Source: Octopus vulgaris
Lineage: Eukaryota
DNA length: 64,000 bases
Assembly: GCA_951406725.2 (NCBI GenBank)
Contig: OX597823.1
Coordinates: forward strand, 19,530,001-19,594,000
Direction: 5' to 3'
Part shown: in pieces, positions 62,420 through 64,000 of the stretch
Numbering within the stretch: the stretch's first letter is position 1
Layout of the letters: each line of letters begins with the position of its first letter
The notes under the pieces: model-generated
Told to the model about the DNA's origin: nothing
The model's database searches: none
The model's input: only the letters and a program-made list of their open reading frames with translations
Position numbers and translations under genes: made by a program

Positions 62420-63809
62420 TCTATTATGTAACGAATTTTCCAAATAACTGACACGACACCAAATGAGTAAAGTACCGGTGTAGCTTAGGTTATACAAAAT
62501 TGACATCAATTAAATAAGGCACTGCTACTATACAATTACAATACATGGCGCCAAAAGGTGTGTCCTAGGAAACATTATCAAACAATTGATCCAATACCAA
62601 CTTTCAAACTGTCAATTAAACAATGAAATACCAGTCAATATTCTAAGCTCAAGATCTGGTAGCTTCTGCTATAATATGATATCCACTCAACACAAAACAA
62701 CAAAGTTGCTTGACCTGCTAGAAGTAGCAGTTAAATCTCCCTAAAATTGCAATGTTATACTTTTTATATGTTTCAGTCACTGGACTGTGGCCATGCTGAA
62801 GCACCACCTTCAAAGGTTTAGTTGCAGAAATTGACCCCAATGCTTGTTTTTTTTTTTTTTTTTTAAGCTGGTTATGTAAGTTTATTGGTTTCATTTGCCG
62901 ATTTAAGTTACAGGGATGTAAACAAACCGACAACGGTTGTCAAGCAGTGTGAGGCGGGGAACAAACACAAAGACACCAACACACACAATAGGCTACTACA
63001 TAATTTCTGTCCATTGAAGTCGATCACAAGCATTGGTTGGCCAAGGACTATCGTAGAAGATACTTGCCCAAGAAGCTGTGTAGCAGTATGGAACCTGAAA
63101 CCAAATGGTTGCAAAACCATTTACAACAACAACAACAACAAAAATTTATTTTAACTAATTGAAAGCTATGGATAATGTAGTTTTAGATATAGTAATATCA
63201 GGGGAAAAAAAAATAAAGGACAAGATAGTCATGGCTGGAAAGGGCTTTGACCATGTCTGCCTTCTTTATTGAGGGTTGACCTAGGGACATAATAACAGCA
63301 ACAAAGTATTTCCATTTCTGTCAGAAAAACAGGATCTTTTGGTTATCGCGGAAGAATGAAGTGATTACATGCGTTGGCGGTGGGGGGGGGGTTAACTGTT
63401 TAATAATGTCAGCTGCAATGCCAATGGATGACACTTCCTTCTTCCCAACTAACAAGACCTCTTAAATTTAAGGATGGGAAGAGTGGTGAAGAAGTGGCAG
63501 TGGTGGAGTGGTGAAGAGGTGGTGATGGAACGGTGGTGGTGGTGGTGGTGGTATAGATTGTGCTGATTCTTAGAAGGTTAAGATGCTCACACACACAAAA
63601 ATGCAAACACAATGTAAATATAAACAAACATATGTATGCTCGTACACATTTTGCATGTGTGCATGCATGCACACACGTGTGCACACATACACACACGAGG
63701 GCATCTATATGGTTGCTCAACATGCTTGCAATAGCACCTAAATCCTCCTCGAATTACAACTAAATGTCTTAAAAAAACGATAACTTTAGATAATGTAGAC
63801 CTATATATT

Positions 63810-64000
63810 CTTTCTACTAAAGGCACAAGGCCTGAAATTTGAGGGGAGGGGACTAGTCTATTACATCAACCTCAGTGTTTTACTGGTACTTAATTTATTG
63901 ACCCTGAAAGGATGACAGATAAAGTTGACCTTGGCAGAATTTGAACTCAGAACGTAGCAATGGACAGAATACTGCTAAGCATTTCATCCAGCATGCTATC
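63810..64000 (-). mobile_element. SINE family B, tail type 2, running off the window end
   Basis: ctttctactaaaggcacaaggcctgaaattt...atttgaactcagaacg. Confidence 0.85.

Overview
Eukaryotic, AT-rich and saturated with repeats. The SINE, MITE and microsatellite families look like those of an octopus (coleoid cephalopod) genome; this is inferred from recalled repeat families, not from a search. The only host coding sequence I can support is two phase-0 exons of a minus-strand gene encoding a NIDO (nidogen-like) domain, at 59638-59342 and 11322-11200. They are separated by an apparently single intron of about 48 kb, and the flanking exons were not found. The rest of the window is at least five tRNA-derived SINE families plus a (GAT)n-tailed retroelement, 3' fragments of CR1 and RTE LINEs, piggyBac, hAT and Tc1/mariner MITEs, non-autonomous Helitrons, a Helentron-type element and many microsatellites. 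Nearly all ORFs in the supplied track are microsatellite or SINE artefacts. The most interesting hidden layer is a set of Penelope-like element (PLE) remnants from several unrelated families, mostly in or next to (TA)n tracts and often folded back as inverted repeats. They carry minimal hammerhead-ribozyme motifs: one apparently intact at 34914-34948, and several with variant cores (CCGAUGA, CUGUCGA, GUGAACA). The window also records self-nesting and dimer formation by a SINE and repeated insertion at the same target site. I see no evidence for a novel protein-coding system.
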